NCBI GenBank assembly: GCA_965235115.1
Contig: OZ249441.1
Coordinates: 13,888,001-13,952,000, forward strand
DNA: 64,000 nucleotides
Reading direction: 5' to 3'
From: Laetmonice hystrix
Taxonomy: Eukaryota
A program made the position numbers and the translations under genes. The notes beneath the pieces are model-generated. The model had not been told where the DNA came from, ran no database searches, and saw only the letters and a list, made by a program, of their open reading frames with translations. Shown piece after piece: positions 59,601 through 64,000 of this stretch. Numbering within the stretch: position 1 is the stretch's first letter; each line of letters starts with the position of its first letter.

Positions 59601-62600
59601 TTAAGTAGAACAGGTAATTATGATGGTAAATTGTGCTGCTCATACATGCAAGGGTCCATGTCTTACTGTCAGCAGCCAGTCGTATCCACATCATGTATAA
59701 TTTATGCTGAGTCGGAAAAGATGTGTGATAATTCATAAATGTTCTTTACGATTCCATATTGGGTATACTAAATAAAGAATGAAAGCATCACTTAACAGGA
59801 ACCCCAGCACGAAGCCTGTGATTGAACCTAGAAATTTTCGTTGAATGTATCTTCATTTTCATGGTTTGCATTCATTTCGGGTATACTGGTACCTTTTGTT
59901 CACGTGGTGTCCTTGCTATGTTCAGGCTCGGTGGCGCCACCTGCTGGCGAGGTTTACCCCTCTTAAACTGTTTTCCGGGGACCGTTGCCCCCAAATGCAT
60001 CAAGTGCAGGTAAGTTGTGCCATCCAGGAGGATATCCCCCACCACTGCCTCCTGTATGCAGCCTGCACGCACCTGTCTCCCGGGACTACACTAGTCGGCT
60101 TCTCCCAGCCCCCTGGCGGGCCAACTTTGTTCACTCACTTCAACATCCACTCCATGTGAACGGAGCACCATGGGGCACTGCTTGGAATGTGTGCTTCAGT
60201 GTGGGCAGTGTCGGTACCAGTCTGTGTATGCCACCTGGTGGTACGCCGTGGTACTACATGTGTTGAGGACAGGGTCGTCACTGCCTGATTGCACAAGCCA
60301 CTTGTTTAGAGCTGGGACATCGTGAACCCCCCCCCCCCCCCCCCCTTATGAAAATGAAAAGGCCGCGTTATCTAAAAGAGCACAGGTTTTCTTCCAGATG
60401 TGGAGTGAACTTTGAGTGCAGTTTTGACAAATGTTGCATATTGAGCTCAGAGAGACAATAATCATGGGTCCACTGGGACTGGTAACTTTATATGGCCCAG
60501 ACTGACATCCCTAGTTTGGTAAAACAGACGTTTGTAACTACTACAGGGTAACGGTGGCAGGATCAGGCAGGTACGTATAACCCTTGGCACCTCAGTGGCC
60601 TGAGAAACTCTAATCATATAACATGGCAGCACTAGTCAGGGCTTGAGTCAGGCGTTGAGGGCAGTTGGTGCTGGGACATGGGGCAGAACCCGGTGGTGTC
60701 TATGGGGCAGAACCCGGTGGTGTCTAACCCATAGCATGTTCAGTCAGGGTTTGTTAAATCTTGATGCCAGCCACTGACCGCATTTAATCACCGGTTCTCT
60801 TCCTCAAGTTGATGCAGATTTGATTGATTAGTGTGTGTCTATCTTGGGAAGAGATGTAATGGATGAACAGAGACAGAATGTCGCCTGGGATTGAGCTCTA
60901 GTGTACCTGTGTGGTGGTCCTGAGTCGCTCTGCCCAAAGGGACAGGCTATGACAACAGGGCCCAGATAGCTCTGAAGTAAACTCACTGCCTCTTTATTGG
61001 CTGGTCGAGGCCCAGGAGAACTTATCTTTAATGCCATTATTCTGTTTGTTTCCGGGTACACTGGTTTCTTCGACCAGTTATGCAGACCGCCTCGTTATAA
61101 TCCTGATTGTAGACAAGGTATCAAGTACAAAAGCACACACCATTACCAATCAAGTTTACCACACCACACACCATTACCAATCAAGTTTACCACACACCGA
61201 CATATATCGGAGGAATGCAGCCTTTTATTTATTTTTCAGGCGGGGAGTCTGAGCCATGTGAGGTGTAGACAAGAAACAGGTACTAGGCGTGGCACTTTGC
61301 CACTGACCTCCACTAGGCTTAAGAGTTTTGACTCTGCTAGACTGACATCGTTGTGTGATAATTAGATTAACATGTAGTTTGGAGGCAGGGTAACATTTTC
61401 TTTGTTTCTTGTGTGTTTTATGTGACTGTCCTGATTTCAGACTCCGTGACCCGTCTCTAGTTGGTCGAGGGTACACGAGAGGGTTGGTGTCTTGAGCTTT
61501 TGTGTGTTCTGGTTGTGGGCTGTGCAGGAACCTTGGGATTAAAGCATGAAGGGAATCCAGGTGGTGGTTTGCTCGATCTCAGAAATATGAGAAGTCATCA
61601 AGTGAAATTCGTAGATCTGGTTAAAATCTTTAGATGAAGACAGAAGAAAAACGTGCGGACGGGAATTGTGTTTTGGTCTAGGATACGGTTCTCCCAGTTT
61701 TGTGTGAGTGACCTGCGCAATGCTTTCTAAGTCACCAAATTAAAATATTCTGAAGATCCCAAAGATCAGGAATTGACGTATTGCTTGCTTGTACGACAGA
61801 CCGATTTGTCCGGTGTTTTTACATGTTTTGTCGTGGCTTATTGGTTTTCAGTTTTGGAAAGAAATGGAGTTGAAGTTTGAATGAAAATCACAAAATATTA
61901 TTACTATTGTGGCATGCCCAGTCGCGTATTAGAACTTTTGAAACATAGTCTTTGAATGCTGATGGTACCTTTTGAACGCTGGGCAGGTTCTGTATTGGAG
62001 TATCATGTTTCAGTGTAAAAGGTGAAAAGGTATAAAGGTTTGGACAAAACGTGTTAAAAGTAATGGGGTTTCTGGCCTAATCTCTTGGATCCCCTTTTCC
62101 AATCTCCCTCACCCATAGTCCCACATACTCTTCTGTAAGGCTTGTGAAATCTCTACTTGCTTTCCACCTACCCGCTTTGCTAATCTTTTACGTAAAGGTA
62201 GACTAAAAATGGTTCTACACAAATTAAACATTTTCTTTTTGTGTGCGTGTGAATATGTGTGTGAAGTATAAAACTGTATATGGTCACTTTATGGTAAACA
62301 GAATTATGGGCATATTTGTTTATAGGTTCTATCCTTTATTACCTTATTGCAGTTCATATCATTTTAAATATATATAATGTGATTATTGATGCCATCCAAA
62401 GTGTGCATACTGTACGATTTAAAGGTTACTGTTTACTATGTTATGCAGACTTTAGTTTTAGGAAAGACAAAACAATATGTCACATGAATGTGTTTTGTGC
62501 TTTTTCAGATGAGACATCTTCCACGTCGTCTAGCACCACTTTGACGTCGGCAGCAGTGCCTCCCAATCGGCTGCCCCCGCTGATTCCACCTCCCCCACCA

Positions 62601-62897
62601 TCCTCCTCATCCACGTCCACTTACTTCACGGACGCCCCTACGCCTTCTCCCCAACCACTTGCTGACTCTCTCAACTCGCCCAGTCAGCTTCCACCGGTCA
62701 ATATCAGCCTGATGGCCATGCCACCACCACCGCCACCCCCTGTCGGACACTACCACCACGGCCAGGGCCAAGGTGGGCCGTACCAGGACCACGGCTTGCC
62801 GGCCGGCGCCTACCACACGGCCGGTCAGAACAAAGCCTACCGCGACCGTGGCTCACCGCCGCCCACCACCGCCTTTCACAAGCAGAGTTCAGTATGA
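44648..62897 (+). CDS. ZDHHC14: DHHC palmitoyltransferase, ZDHHC14/18/9 (approximated) subfamily, most like ZDHHC14; 554 aa, 10 exons
   Basis: Exons 44648-44916, 51140-51300, 52117-52275, 52477-52614, 54967-55015, 55190-55292, 55502-55611, 56118-56265, 57065-57203, 62509-62897; 1665 nt. [56 protein letters not shown]-terminal SSV. The last two exons are less certain than the core. Confidence 0.9.
45473..45670. mobile_element. Harbinger-like MITE
   Basis: TIR GGGTGCGTTGCATAAAAAATCCCCG / CGGGGATTTTTTTATGCAACGGGCCC; CTG on both flanks. Confidence 0.82.
46087..46543 (+). mobile_element. Internally deleted hAT element retaining a transposase C-terminal remnant
   Basis: 13-bp TIR GGGTCCGCCAAAT / ATTTGGCGGACCC; 46199-46327 translates as [43 protein letters not shown], like the tail of ZNF862-type hAT transposases (recalled resemblance). 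Confidence 0.6.
47205..47356. repeat. Tandem duplication, 2 x 76 bp
   Basis: CAGTTGGCCTCAGAATG(T/C)ACCATTTGAC..GGTCCCCAGACAC twice, one mismatch. Confidence 0.92.
48181..48956. mobile_element. Tc1/mariner (Tigger/pogo-like) MITE, 776 bp
   Basis: TA|CAGTAGAACCTCAC..GTGAGGTTCTACTG|TA: perfect 14-bp TIR, TA TSD, subterminal GTGGTCGT repeats. Confidence 0.9.
49590..49897 (-). mobile_element. Helitron-like non-autonomous repeat, copy 2
   Basis: On the minus strand: A|TC start, GC-rich hairpin ACGGGAGCG..CGCTCCCGT near the end, CAAG|T terminus; no TSD. Confidence 0.6.
50582..51065. mobile_element. TACTGTA..TACAGTA MITE interrupted by a nested CAGGG element (50723-50998)
   Basis: Outer TACTGTATAATTTAGC / GCTAAATTAAACTGTTATACAGTA; inner (T/C)AGGGATGT(C/G)CCC TIR with an internal ~23-bp tandem (CGCCC.GCACTCA x3). 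Confidence 0.65.
55016..55189 (+). other. U12-type AT-AC intron in ZDHHC14-like gene
   Basis: 5' site ATATCCTT, branch site TGCCTTAAC at 55172-55180, 3' CCAC at 55186-55189; splicing restores [16 protein letters not shown]. Confidence 0.93.
59926..60009 (+). other. Candidate 84-nt cassette exon with in-frame TAA in ZDHHC14-like intron 9
   Basis: TTCAG| acceptor, CAG|GTAAGT donor; symmetric phase 1; reads [27 protein letters not shown]. Confidence 0.45.
60682..60726. repeat. Tandem duplication, 2 x ~24 bp
   Basis: GGGGCAGAACCCGGTGGTGTCT twice. Confidence 0.85.
61135..61197. repeat. Tandem duplication, 2 x ~31 bp
   Basis: ACACACCATTACCAATCAAGTTTACCACAC twice. Confidence 0.85.
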
Positions 62898-64000
62898 CCC
62901 ACGGCCCCCAGGTGTGCATCCAAGGCCGCCATGCAGTACGAGGAAATACCAAACCGCCCCTCCAAAACACACTGCCTATCCAAGCCGACAGAGGAGGGTA
63001 CTGATATCTATAAATACACCTGACAAGGCTCTGTGATAGCCATACTTTGTACTGCCAGAAACACAATGAACTATGAAGTTGTCCAAAGAACATGAGTCTC
63101 TTCTCTGGAAAACCATACAGTGAAGGGAACCAACACAAAGGGGGGACTTCTGCTATTCCTGATAATGCGGCTCCACTGACTGTTGTCGCAGTTTCTGGCA
63201 CATAATGTACATGTACATGTACAGGTATTTCAACGTGATGTTAACATACTGCAGAATCATCTTGTTGGAACATTCTGATTCATAGCTTCATGGCATTTCC
63301 TGAAGATCATATTTCAGCCAAACTGACAGTGCAATAGTAGAAATTAGGGAATGATTATTGATTTCACTTAACTATCATTTTTCACCAGAATGCAGACAAA
63401 CATTTCTGTCAAACAAGGCTGTTAACTTAATACTTAATTCTCAAACAAAATGACAGTGAACATGTCATCATTGTTAACAGTTATGATGACATACCTGGTA
63501 GAACTTTGAACAAGAGGTATGAAGTATTGTATACTCCTCAGGAGATGATTTATCATGTATCATAATTAAATCACACGTCTAGGGAGTTGATGGGAACCTC
63601 AGACTTATGATAACTATATACACAATGTAAATACAACATGATAACCATGTACGGTTGTATACTGCCTGGAGACTTATATTTTAAAAAAAACCCCAGTATC
63701 TTTAAGGACAGGACCAGCATCACACTTCATTTGAGAATTCCTCTATCACTTACCATGTAAATTTATTTTGACGTGAATCCGTAGAAATACAGTGTCGTGA
63801 TATGGTTTCCAAAGCCTTTTCTCACCGTTGCCCCCAGAGGCATTTATCAAGTCGCAGTATAGGGGTAATTTTGTACACCTCATCCCAACATAGCTTTTTA
63901 TGGTGATTTGGAGATGGTATAAAGGACATATAATTCAGTCTCATGCGTATAATATCTTCCATTCGGCTGCTGTATGTTTGTGTTCTGATTACCGTACTTA

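Overview
Eukaryotic genomic DNA from an intron-rich bilaterian invertebrate, probably marine; the species cannot be fixed from sequence. The supplied ORF track mostly misses the spliced genes, so exons were traced by hand using splice sites and reading phase. Left to right: the 3' part of an apparently intact BEL/Pao LTR retrotransposon (pol ORF open from the left edge to 3374, then a probable 3' LTR); a repeat-rich intergenic stretch; a 515-aa acidic, granin-like prohormone precursor (3 coding exons, one GC-AG intron) resembling insect NVP-like/prohormone-2; a 195-N assembly gap; TMEM181 (+, 14 coding exons, candidate alternative first exon); PCNP (-, 5 exons, long N-terminal extension) head-to-head with TMEM242 (+, 4 exons); and a ZDHHC14-like palmitoyltransferase (+, 10 exons) with a U12 AT-AC intron, a C-terminal SSV PDZ ligand and a candidate stop-containing cassette exon. 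Introns and spacers hold many non-autonomous DNA elements (Harbinger-like with CWG targets, Tigger-like, hAT-like, Helitron-like) and long palindromes. The most notable points are the prohormone, the TMEM181/TMEM242/ZDHHC14 linkage recalled from human 6q25.3, the minor-spliceosome intron, and candidate isoform switches in ZDHHC14 and TMEM181. No rRNA, tRNA or CRISPR array was found.
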